Below are positions 40,437-52,324 of a stretch of 64,000 nt of DNA, piece by piece (within the stretch, counting starts at the first letter, position 1; each line of letters begins with the position of its first letter). The stretch is taken from NCBI GenBank assembly GCA_028826165.1, contig JAPDFW010000033.1, positions 682,001-746,000 on the forward strand, given 5' to 3'. The stretch is from Anaeramoeba ignava BMAN (Eukaryota; Protista; Anaeramoebae). The position numbers and the translations under genes were made by a program. The notes beneath the pieces are model-generated. The model searched no databases. It was not told where the DNA came from and was given only the letters and a program-made list of their open reading frames with translations.

Positions 40437-42207
40437 TTAATTTTGATTTTGATTATTAAATTTTTTAATTAATAAATCAAATAAATTTGGATATGTTTCA
40501 TTTAATTGAAAATAATCAATTCCAATTTGAATTTCATTAATTATTTCTTGTGTAATTTGAATTTCATCTTTAATTTGATTTGAATAAATCCAATATTCTA
40601 ATATTTGAAATGATTTATTACTTAATTCACTATAATCTGTAACTTTATTAGAAGTATCTTCTGTTACAGATAAAAACATTCCTCGATATAATTCACTTCT
40701 CATTATTAATATTAATTTTGGAAATTTATATTTCTTTTCTTTTCTTTCAATAATAAAATCTTTTTCATTTTCATTTAAATAAATTCTTTTCATTGTTTCT
40801 TCAATTTTTTCATTTGAATTTATAATTTCTTTAATTTCTGAATATAATTTTGGATTTATATTGGAATTATTTGAATAAATCATTTCAAATATTTGATTTG
40901 ATTCTTTAATTGATTTATTTGAAATAATTTCTTGAAGTTTTTCAATTTCATTTTCATTTTGATTTAATCTATATTTTAATATTAATTTATGAGCTTCAAT
41001 TATTTCTCCATTTTTGGTTTTAAATGAAATATCACAAAATTCTTTTCTTCTAAATAATTTTATCAAATCTTCTTCAAGATTGGAAAAAGAAAAAGGATAA
41101 TAATAAAGAAATGATTTGTTATATCCACAAGAAATATGATAATTAGAAATATCTTCATTAAATCTTAATTTAGGAAGTTCAATTTGAATTGGAATTAATT
41201 GCCATTTTGTATCTCCATTTCCTAATTGACCATATTCATTATATCCAAATCCAATCAGTTTCCCTTTGGAAGTTAAAATCAAAGTATGTTCATATCCAAC
41301 AGAAATTTCAAGAATATTATCATCATTTTCAAATAAAGATGATTTGATTTCAGTAAATTCATAAGTATCTTCATTTTTGCCAAGTCCATTAAGAAAATAA
41401 CTTCCACATGAATAAAGTTTTCTTTTTGGGTTTTGATTTTGATTTTGATTTTCAATCAACATTATTGAATGAGCAAGTCCACATTTAATATCAATTATTT
41501 TACCTTTTGGAATATTTTGAATTTTGGTTAATTTTTGGATTTTTGATTCTTTTCTTGGTTCTCCTAATCCAATTTGACTATATTGATTCCATCCGCATCC
41601 AAATAATTCTTGATTTGAATTTAAAAGAAAAACATGATTTGAAGAATTTCCTGAAAATATTTTAGAAACATTTTTCATCATTAAAATTGGTTTTTCTGTT
41701 TTTAAGTGTTTTAGAATCAAAACCAAGTTGACCATAATCATTTGAACCAATTCCATAAGCATTTTGATTTGAAGTTAATAAGTAAACTGAATTGTATCCA
41801 GAAACAATATCTTGAATTATTCTATCATTTTTATCTTCAATTAATGATGAAATATTGATAAATTCTTTTGAATTTTTTGGATTAATATCTTTTCCTTTTG
41901 CAAATACATTTCCTTCTTTTGTTAAAATAGCTTCGTTTTCATAACCAACAGTTACTTTTTGAATATTTTCTTCAATTTGGATTCTTTTTGGATTTGAATA
42001 TCTTAAATATTCTATTGCTTTTCCATTTTCAAAAAGGAAAATTGTTGCAAAGCCTCCTGATGCAATTTGTTTAATTTGTTTTTCATTTTCATTTTCATTT
42101 TCATTTTCATTTTCAAATTTAAATTGAATTGGTTTTGTTATTTGATATAGTTCATTTTCGATAAGTTTTGGATATTGATTTGAACCAAAAAATAAAATTT
42201 CATTCAT
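40437..42207 (-). CDS. RCC1-repeat + BTB protein, tandem copy 3, frameshift near 41700
   Basis: ORFs 41662..42207 and 40437..41762 together make a full-length paralog. Confidence 0.88.
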
Positions 42208-42268
42208 TTTTAAAAAGAAAAAAATGAATTTTCATTTTTCATTTTTTTTTTCATTTTTTTTATTTAAA

Positions 42269-43690
42269 ATGGAAAATTATTTAAATTTAAAAAAACTTTC
42301 AAATGATTTAAAAAATTTATTTCAAAATCAAAATCAAGATGAAAATTATTTTGATTTTGAAATAATTTGTGAACAAAATCAAACTTCATTTAAAACTCAT
42401 AAATCAATTCTTTCTTCAAGAAGTCATTATTTTAAATCTCTTTTTAATTCAAAAATGAAAGAATATCAAGAAAATAAATTAATTCTAAAAGATGTTTCAA
42501 GTTCAATTCTATTTTCAATTTTGAATTATCTTTATTCAGGAAAAATTGAAATTAATTTAGAAAATGCAATTCAAATTTTAATTTTTTCATCAAAATATTT
42601 AATTGATGAATTAATTGAAATTTCATCAAAATTTATCAAAAAGAATTTACAATTTGAAACTATTGTTGATGTTCTTAAATTATCTGAATCAATGAATTTT
42701 AATGAATTATTAGATTTTTCTTATCAATTTATTTTCAAAAATTTTGAAGAATTTATCAAAACTTCATTTTTTCTTGAACTTGAAGAAAATCATTTAAATT
42801 TAATATTATCAAATGATGAAATTTTAATAAATGAATTTGAACTATTTCAAACAATAATAAAATGGGGAAAACATAAATCAAATATTAATCAAATTTCAAA
42901 TGTTATTCAAAAAATAAGATTTATCAATTTTTCAAATAAAAAACTTGAAGATACTTTGAAAGAAGATTTAATTCCAAATCAAATTTCACAAAAATTAATT
43001 CAATTCCAAAAACTTCAAAGAAATAAAAAAGAATTAAAACAATTTATTGAAAAAGAAAATCAAAATTCATTAATTTTCAAATCAAGATTTAGATTTAAAT
43101 TTAAATCCAGAATTATTAAAGAAAATGAATATTTCAAGAAATTAAGAGAATGGATAAATGATGATGAATTCTTTTCCAAAATGAAAAAAGGATTTTCAGC
43201 AAAAAAAGATGGATTTGATTCCAAAATTTTTCATAAAAAAGCTGATAATAAAGGAAAAACATTAGTTATTATCAAAACAAAAGATAATTTTATTTTTGGA
43301 GGATTTACTTCAGTTGGATTTACAAATGATAAATCAAAATGGAGAAAAGAAGATCAAAGAAGAAAAGTAGATGGATATATTATTGATCCAAATGCATTTA
43401 TTTTTTCATTAAGAAATGATAAAAATGATAGAAAACCAGAGAAATTTCCAATTAAAAAAGATCATGAAGAAAATGCAATTTGGTTTGATTTAGATCAAGG
43501 CCCACATTTTGGATTTATGTATCCTGGAGATTTTTGTTTAGATTCAAATCTAAAAACTGGTCGTTCAAATTTTGGTATTAGTTATCATCTTCTTAATGGA
43601 ATTAAATATGATACAGATGAAGCTAAAAGTTATTTAGCTGGTTCTTATAATAAATGGAAAGTCGATGAACTTGAAACTTTTTTCATTTAA
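42269..43690 (+). CDS. BTB-BACK-TLDc protein
   Basis: THKSILSSRSHYFKSLF..MKE, YLYSGKI, BACK (F.EL...L..ILS.D....E.ELF...IKW), TLDc (DGF...FH..AD.KG.TL.IIK...IFGGFT). The likely start is ATG 42269. Confidence 0.92.
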   Translation: MENYLNLKKLSNDLKNLFQNQNQDENYFDFEIICEQNQTSFKTHKSILSSRSHYFKSLFNSKMKEYQENKLILKDVSSSILFSILNYLYSGKIEINLENAIQILIFSSKYLIDELIEISSKFIKKNLQFETIVDVLKLSESMNFNELLDFSYQFIFKNFEEFIKTSFFLELEENHLNLILSNDEILINEFELFQTIIKWGKHKSNINQISNVIQKIRFINFSNKKLEDTLKEDLIPNQISQKLIQFQKLQRNKKELKQFIEKENQNSLIFKSRFRFKFKSRIIKENEYFKKLREWINDDEFFSKMKKGFSAKKDGFDSKIFHKKADNKGKTLVIIKTKDNFIFGGFTSVGFTNDKSKWRKEDQRRKVDGYIIDPNAFIFSLRNDKNDRKPEKFPIKKDHEENAIWFDLDQGPHFGFMYPGDFCLDSNLKTGRSNFGISYHLLNGIKYDTDEAKSYLAGSYNKWKVDELETFFI

Positions 43691-43834
43691 TTTTCATTTA
43701 AAAAAATTTATTTTTGATTTTTTTTTTGATTTTTTAATTATTGGAAGTTTTTTGAAATGAAAAAATGGAAAGAAAAAAAAGAAAATCCAATTTTTTCTTT
43801 CCATTTAAAAAAGAAATTGTTTGTTTGATTTTGG

Positions 43835-46800
43835 TTAATTCAAATTGATATTTTCTTGAATTGTTTTTCTTTTGAGTTCTTTTTTCTTGGTTTCCAAAAC
43901 TAAATCAATTATTGAATTTGGATTTAATTGAAAATAATCTTTTAAATCCTCAAGTTCATGAATAATTTTTTGATTAAGTTCTTTTGTTTCATCAAATTCA
44001 TCGTGATAAAGAAAATAGATTAATTGATTCAATGCTTGAAAAGATTTTCCACTTTGATCACGAACTTCTTTTGATTGGTCTTTGACATTCAAGAACATTC
44101 CTTTAAATAATCTGCTTCTTATGATTAAAATTAATTTATGAACTTTAATTGCATTTTGATTTTCATTTTGATTTTGATTTTCATCTTCAATTTGAATTTC
44201 ATTTTGATTTTCTTGACCAATTATTGTGAAATCCTTTGAATCATTTTCATCTTGGAATAAATGATGAAAATCTTGGAGTATTCCCTTTCTTCCCTTTTTG
44301 GTTTTAATCCAATTTGAGTCTAATCCAGTTTCTTCAAAGATAATTTCCATTCTCTCTTGTTTTTCAATTAAATCAAGAGCTTCCTCTTCTTTTTTGGTTT
44401 TTGAGATTGGATTTTTGAAAATGTATTTTTGTTGGTAAAATTTCTTAAAATCAAGAAATCCAGTGTATAGAAAATTCAAGGCAAATTGGACGTCTTCTTG
44501 AGGCTTTTCCTTGCAAATATCAATGAATTTTTGCAATTTTTTGCTCTTCGTTATTGAATCTTGTTAAAAGAATCATTTTGTGAGCTTGAAATTTGGAATC
44601 ATCTTTGGATTCAATTTCCAAATCGGAAAAAATATGAGATTTTAATAAACGATTCATATCTTGATTGATTGCATAAATTTGAGTGAACAAAGGAATGAAT
44701 TTCTCAATATTTGGATGATTTGAATCAAAAAGATTTGCATCATTCATCAAAAAAAAGTGGATCACTTCTTGATCATATCTTTTTTGGATCGAAAGTGAAA
44801 GAGGAGTTTCTTGTTTTGAATTTTTTGCGTGAATATTTGCGTTTTTGGAAAAAAGAAACTTGATCAACGGAAAAGGTTCTTTTTGTTGGCAAGCGAAATG
44901 CAATGGAGTTTCGTTTTTCTTGTTTTTTGAGTTGATACCGATTCCTTTATCAATGAGAAACTGCGCAATTTCGATTGAGTTGTATTGATTTTGACAAGCA
45001 AAATGCAAAGTTGTATCATTTTCCTTTGTTTTTGAGTTGACATCAGCTTTTTTCTCAATTAAATACTTGACGGAATCAAGTGTGTTGTATCGGCAAACAA
45101 AATGCAATGGCTGGATCTCATCGTTGTTTTGCGCTATTGGATCTGCGCCTTTTTCGATGAGAATTTTCATGGTTTCAAGTGAGTCCTGATGCTGTGAAGC
45201 AAAATGCAATGGTGTTGACTTGAGATTTGTTTTGGAATTAACATTTGCCTTTTTGGATACTAAAAATTTAACAACCTCAAGTGAATTTTCCTGTTGACAA
45301 GCAAAATGCAAAGGTTGGAATTTGTATTTATCTTTCGCATTGATTTCTGCTCCTTTTTCAATAAGAAATTTCACTACTTCAAGTGGATTTTGTTGTTGAC
45401 AGGCAAAATGAAGAGGTGTTTCTTGGTTTTTTTCTTTTGCGTTAACATTTGCCTTTTTGGATACTAAAAATTTAACAACCTCAAGTGAGTCCTGATGCTG
45501 TGAAGCAAAATGCAAAGGTGTTTGAGCGAGTTTTGTTTTGGGATTAACATTTGCCTTTTTGGATACTAAAAATTTAACAACTTCAAGTGAGTTTTGGTAT
45601 TGACAAGCAAAATGCAAAGGTGTTTCTTCTTCTTTTGTTTTGGCGTTAATGTCCGTCTTTTTGGAAACAAGAAACTCAATGATATCAAGTGCATCTTCCT
45701 GTTGGCAGGCAAAATGCAAAGGGGTTTCCAACTTGATATTTTTTGCATTCACATCAGCTCCTTTTGAAACGAGAAATTTGACAATTTCAAGTGAATTTTG
45801 AGGGTTTTGGCAAACAAAATGCAAAGGGGTATCCTGGTTCTTGTTTCTTGAGTTGATGTCTGCTTTTTTCTCAATAAAAAACTTGATCAATTCGAGCGGA
45901 TTCTGTTTTTGGCAAGCAAAATGTAATGGAGTTTCTTCTTCATTAGTTTTTGTGTTCATTTCCGCTCCCTTTTCAACAAGAAACTGAACAACATCAAACG
46001 AATATTGATATTTGCATGCATAATGAAACGGGGTTTCTTTTCTCTTGTTTTGGGCGTTAATGTCTGCTTTTTTCTTAATCAAAAATTTTATCACATCAAA
46101 CGAATTTTTTTGCTGATTTCGACAGGCAAAATGCAAAATGGATTCATCTTCATTTGTTTTTGCCTTCAAATCGGCTCCTTTTCCGATTAAGTATTTGATA
46201 ATCCCGAGCGAATTTTGATACTCACAAGCATAATGCAAAGGTGTTTTTGATTTCAACGCTTTTTCGTTGATTTCAAGTCCGTTTTGGACGAGAAATTTGA
46301 CAATTTGGATCGAGTTTTGCTGCTGATTTTGACAAGCAAAATGAAGTGCTGTTTCTTCGTTTTTTGTTTCTGCATTTAAATCGGCTCCTTTCTCAATGAG
46401 ATATTGAACAACCTCGAGGGAATTGCACTGGCAAGCGAAATGGAAGGGTTTTTTTTTCCAATAAGTTTCCGGATTGATTTGGAACTCTTTTTCAATGAAG
46501 AATTTAACAACATCAAGTGTGTTTTGATGACAAGCAAAATGGAGAGCTGTTTTCTCCAATTCTGCGCGTGCGTTGATGTCGTGCTTCTTGCGTATTAAAT
46601 ATTGGATCACTTCCAGGGTATTATTCTGGCACGCCAAATGGAACGGCGTTTCTTCATTTGTAGTTTTCTCATTGATATCAATTCCCTCTTTTACAACAAA
46701 TTTAATCACTTCAATCGAGTTTTTCTGGCACGCATAATGCAAGCATGTTTTGTTCTGTTTTGTTGCAATGCGGAGATCGCCTCCTTTTGAGACTAAATAC

Positions 46801-48455
46801 TCGATGATCTCCAGCGAATTTGTGTTGCATGCCAGATGCAATGGTGTTTCTCCGATTGAGTTCTTGTCATTTGGATCAAGTCCTTTTTCCGTTAATAATT
46901 TGATAATTTCAATCGAGTTTTTCTGTTTGCATGCATAATGCAGAAGTGTTTCTTCGCTGGTGTTCTTGGTCTTGATGTTTGCTCCTTTTTCCACAATTAA
47001 TTGAATCATTTCAAGTGAGTTTTTTTCGCATGCAAAATGAAGAGCGGTTTTTTCTTGGTCGGTTTTTGCATTTATATCGCCTGCGCTATTGATCAAAAAT
47101 TGGATCGGATCAAGTGTATTTTGGTGCATGCAAGCAATATGCAAAGGGGTTTGTTTGTGGTGATTTTTCACATTAATATCCGCTCCTCTCAAAACAAGAA
47201 ACTTGATCATATCAACCGATTCTTCGTTTTGACAAACAAAATGCAGCGCTGTTTGCCCGAATTTGTTCTGTGCATTCAAATCAATTCGTTTCTGAATAAG
47301 AAGCTGTATTGTCTCAAGCGAATTGTTGTTTTGGCATGCAAAATGAAGCGCTGTTTCCTCAAATTTGTTTTTTGCGTTCAAATCAGCTTCCTTTTCAATC
47401 AGAAACTGAATCACTTCAAGCGAGTTATTTTGGCACGCAAAATGCAAAGGTGTTTTGTTATATTTTGTTCTTGCATTGATTTCTGCTCCCTTTTCAATTA
47501 AAAATCTAATGATTTCAAGCGAATTGTTCCAACAAGCAAAATGCAGAGGTGTTTTTTTATCGCTTGTTTGCGAATTTATATCGAATCCTTTTTCAATTAA
47601 AAATTGGATCACCTCAATTGAATTATTCGCTTGACAAGCAAAATGCAACGCATCTTTGTTTGTCTTTGTTTTTGCGTTTAAATCAAGTCCTTTCTCAATC
47701 AAGAACTGAAGAACTTCGACCGAATTGCTTTGACAAGCAAAATGTAACGGTGTTTCTTCAAATTTGTTTTTTGCGTTTAAATCAAGCTCCTTTCCAATTA
47801 AAAACCTAATGATTTCAAGCGAATTGCTTTGGCAGGCATAATGCAGAGATGTCTGCTCATATTTATTTTTCTCACTCAAATCAAGTCCTTTTTCCATCAA
47901 AAATTGAATCACTTGAACCGAGTTATTTTGACAAGCAAAATGCAAATTAGTTTTATTCCACTTTGTTTTTGCATTTAAATCAAGTCCTTTTTCCATCAAA
48001 AACTGAATGGTTTCAAGTGTTTTGTATTGACAAGCAAAATGCAACGCTGTTTCATTATCAATTGTTTTTGCATGAATATCGGCTCCTTTTTCAATCAAAA
48101 ATTGAATGCAGTGATTTTTGTCTTCTGAATCCAAATAAATCATTGCATAATGAAGAGGTGTTTTGTTTTCTTGATCTTGGGCATTGATTTCAACACCGTT
48201 TTCAACTAAAATATTCATCACCTCAATTCCTATATTGTTCATAATTGCCACATGCATCGAATTTCTTTTTGATTTATCAACTGAATTTGGATTTGCTTTT
48301 TTTTTAATAAGAATTTGAATCATTTCTTTTGATACTTTTTTCTCAATTGCAAAATTTAAAATTGGCTTTCCGTTTTTTTTCATGTCTTTTTCCTTAATTT
48401 CCAATTTATTTAGAGACTCAATTTCATTTTTTTCAACAATTTGAAAAAGATCCAT
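43835..48455 (-). CDS. Giant ankyrin-repeat (>30 repeats) + BTB protein, frameshift near 44530
   Basis: 1311-aa ANK ORF ending in FSDLEI...AHKMILLTR. It continues in ORF 43835..44536 with FLYTG and a second BTB (VHKLILIIRSRLFKGMF). Confidence 0.9.
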
Positions 48456-48559
48456 TTTAAACTTAAAAATGAAAAAAAATGAAAAAAAATGAAAAAATTT
48501 TTTTTATTCAAAACAAAACAAAAAAAAATAATCAAAATGAATAAATTTTTTTCTTTTTT

Positions 48560-51500
48560 TTAAACCATATCAAGTTCTTCTAAAACATTTGATAAAGCTG
48601 TATCCTTAACACATTTAAAAACTCTATCAATATTTTTTGTATTAACAGCACAAGTTTTAAATGCATAAATTTGTCTTGTTGGATGAGAACTTTGTGAAGA
48701 AATTGTATGAAATTTTTCTTCAATAAATTTTGAAGCTTTTTTATAATCTTTTCCTCCTTTTTTAATTTTTCAATTTTAAATTTTTTCATTTTAAATTTTT
48801 TCATTTTAAATTTTTCTTGATTAATTTAATAAAAAACCTTGATAATCTGGAAAAAATATTGATATATCATTTTCTTCAATTTTTTTCTTGAAAAGATCTT
48901 TTTTATTTAAAAATAAAATTACTGAAGCTTTTGCAAACCAAGTACTTGAACAAATTTCAGAAAAAATGTTAAAAGCTTCCTTTTTTTTTTTCAAAATTTA
49001 AATTTTTAAATTCAAAAAATTTTTCAAAATTAAAATTTATAAATTAACCTCCATTCTATTAACAGAAGAATCTTCTCTTAAACTTTGATCAAATCCTATT
49101 AAAGAGCAACAAAAAAGAACAGAAGTAACACCTTCGAATGAATGAATCCTAAATCATCAAATCAAAATTAAATCAAATTAAATCAAAATTAAAATTAAAT
49201 CAAAATTAAATTTAAAATTAAATCAATATTAAATATTAAATCAAAATTAAATCAATATTAAATCAAAATTAAATCAAAATTAAATTAAAATTAAATCAAA
49301 ATTAAAATTAAAATTAAAATCAATATTAAATCAAAATTAAATCAATATTAAATCAAAATTAAATCAAATTAAATCAAAATTAAAATTAAAATTAAATCAA
49401 TATTTAATCAATATTAAATCAATATTAAATCAATATTAAATCAAAATTAAATCAAAATTAAATCAATATTAAATCAATATTAAATCAAAATTAAATCAAA
49501 ATTAAATCAAAATTAAATCAAAATTAAATCAATATTAAATCAATATTAAATCAAAATTAAATCAAAATTAAATCAAAATTAAATCAAAATTAAATCAAAA
49601 TTAAATCAATATTAAATCAATATTAAATCAAAATTAAATCAAAATTAAATCAAAATTAAATCAATATTAAATCAAAATTAAATCAATATTAAATCAATAT
49701 TAAATCAATATTAAATCAAAATTAAATTAATATTAAATCAATATTAAATCAAAATCAATATTAAATCAAAATTAAATCAAATCAATATTAAATCAATATT
49801 AAATCAAAATTAAATCAAAATTAAATCAAAATTAAATCAATATTAAATCAATATTAAATCAAAATTAAATCAAAATTAAATCAATATTAAATCAATATTA
49901 AATCAAAATTAAATCAAAATTAAATCAAAATTAAATCAATATTAAATCAATATTAAATCAAAATTAAATCAAAATTAAATCAAAATTAAATCAAAATTAA
50001 ATCAATATTATATCAAAATTAAATCAATATTAAATCAAAATTAAATCAAAATTAAATCAAAATTAAATCAATATTAAATCAAAATTAAATCAATATTAAA
50101 TCAATATTAAATTAATATTAAATCAAAATTAAATCAATATTTAATTAAAATTAAATCAATATTTAATCAAATTTAATAACCATTTTCTTCTTTCATTCCT
50201 TTGTCCACCAACATCAACCATAACAAAATGAAGTCCATTAACAGTAAATTCTGCTTCTTCAATTCCTGTTGTTTTAACTCTAACACGAAGAATATCTTCT
50301 GTATTTGGTTGATAATCTTCTTCACAAAATCTCATTACATTATTGAAAAAACTTTTTATTTCAAGAATTTAATTATTTTTTCATTGATTTTTAATTAATA
50401 ATAATTGTTTTATTATTTTTCTTTTACTATTCAGCTGAATCATTAATTTGAAATTTTTTATCTCTTAATTTATAAACTTGTTGAATTCCTGGATCATGCC
50501 ATAAATCATTTATCATTGATGCAATTTCGTGAGTTAAAGAATCACAATTTAAAATAGATTTAATTTGAGAAGCAAAATCCTTTTTTTTTTCATTTAAATA
50601 TTTAGTCCAATATTTAATATTTAATATTTTATATTTAATATTTAATATTTAATCCAATATTTAATATTTAATATTTAATATTTAATTTTTATTCCAATAT
50701 TTAATATTTAATATTTTATATCTAATATTTAATCCAATAATTAATATTTAATATTTAATATTTAATATTTAATATTTAATATTTAATATTTAATCCAATA
50801 TTTAATATTTAATATTTAATATTTAATTTAATATTTAATATTTAATTTAATATTTAATATTTAATTTAATATTTAATATTTAATTTAATATTTAATATTT
50901 AATATTTAATCCAATATTTATTATTTATTATTTAATATTTAATATTTAATATTTAATATTTAATATAATATTTAATATTTAATATTTAATATTTAATATT
51001 TAATATAATATTTAATATTTAATTTAATATTTAATTTAATATTTAATATATTTAATATTTAATTTAATATTTAATATTTAATATTTAATTTAATATTTAA
51101 TTTAATATTTAATTTAATATTTAATATTTAATATAACATTTAAATATTTAATCCAATATTTAATATTTAATTTAATATTTAATATTTAATATAATATTTA
51201 ATATAATATTTAATATATAATATTTAATATTTAATATTTAATATTTAATCCAATATTTAATATAAGTTTGTATTAAATTTATTAAAAGGATTCTAATAAA
51301 ACTACTTCATGTTCAATTGGAATTCCAAGTTTATCTGCTGCTTTTATTAATAATTGCATTTCAGAAACACAATTTCGAGGAATAGATATTTTCACTTTTT
51401 CTTGATCTTTTGAATCAAATTGACCATCTTGAAGAATTTTCATTTGTTTAAAAATAGTACTTTTTCCTGATTCTCCAGCTCCTAAAGAAAATTACAACAA

Positions 51501-51755
51501 AGAAAATTACAAAAAAGAAAATTTTAAAGAGAAAATTTAAAGAGAAAATTTAAAGAGAAAATTTAAAGAGATAACAAAATAATTTGAATTTTTTGGTTTA
51601 TCTCATTCATTCTATTTTTTTTTACCTAATAATAATATTTTGGTTTCTCTTTCAATTTTAACTTTATGTTTTTTTAAAATAAATTCAATTTCTTTTGTTC
51701 TTCTCTTTGCTTCTTTTTCTTCTTTTGTTAATAATGAAGAATTAGCACATCCCAT
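48560..51755 (-). CDS. Heterotrimeric G protein alpha subunit, ~7 exons
   Basis: MGC N-terminus, KILLL^GAGESGKSTIFKQM, DILRVRVKTTGI, DVGGQRNERRKW^IHSF, ILFLNKKD, TCAVNT. Absent from the ORF track. Confidence 0.93.
49155..50172. repeat. Intronic (AAATCAAWATT)n 11-mer minisatellite
   Basis: Fills a G-alpha intron. Confidence 0.95.
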
Positions 51756-52324
51756 TGATTTATTTATTTTATTTATTGATTTTTAAATTGAAAAAAATGA
51801 GAAAAAAAATGAGAAAAAATGAAAAAAAAAATTTTTCGAATTTTTTATTTTAATTTAAATTTTAATTTTAATTTTAATTTTAATTTTAATTTTAATTTTA
51901 ATTTAAATTTTATTTTAAAAAATTTTCAATAAGAAATTTTAATTTTAATTCTAATTCTAATTTTAATTTTAATTTTAATTTTAATTTTAATTTTAATTTT
52001 AATTTCAATTTTAATTTCAATTTTAATTTTAATTTGAATTTTGATTTTAATTTTAATTTTAATTTTAATTTTAATTTTAATTTTAATTTTAATTTTAATT
52101 TTAATTCTAATTTTAATTTTGGATTTGAAAAGAAAAAAAGAAATTCAACAAACAATAAAAATTTTTTAACAACTCATTATTACAACAAACATTCATCTTC
52201 CCTTTTGCTTTATCAAAAAGCAAAATAAAAAAGAAAATAAAAAAGGAAAAAAAAACATTTTTCATTTTTCATTTTTTTTAATTATTATTTTTATTATTAA
52301 TAATTTTTAGTTTACAAAATAAAA

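Noticed and set aside
535-44530. Frameshifts at ~535, 1710, 7910, 20700, 32300, 34750, 41700 and 44530 as programmed frameshifting
   Set aside because: Most lie in or beside homopolymer runs in unrelated genes and share no signal. Long-read indel errors are the simplest explanation, although pseudogenisation of some paralogs cannot be excluded.
46005-48187. Several plus-strand ORFs inside the ankyrin gene
   Set aside because: They are antisense shadows of a repetitive coding region with no recognisable motifs.
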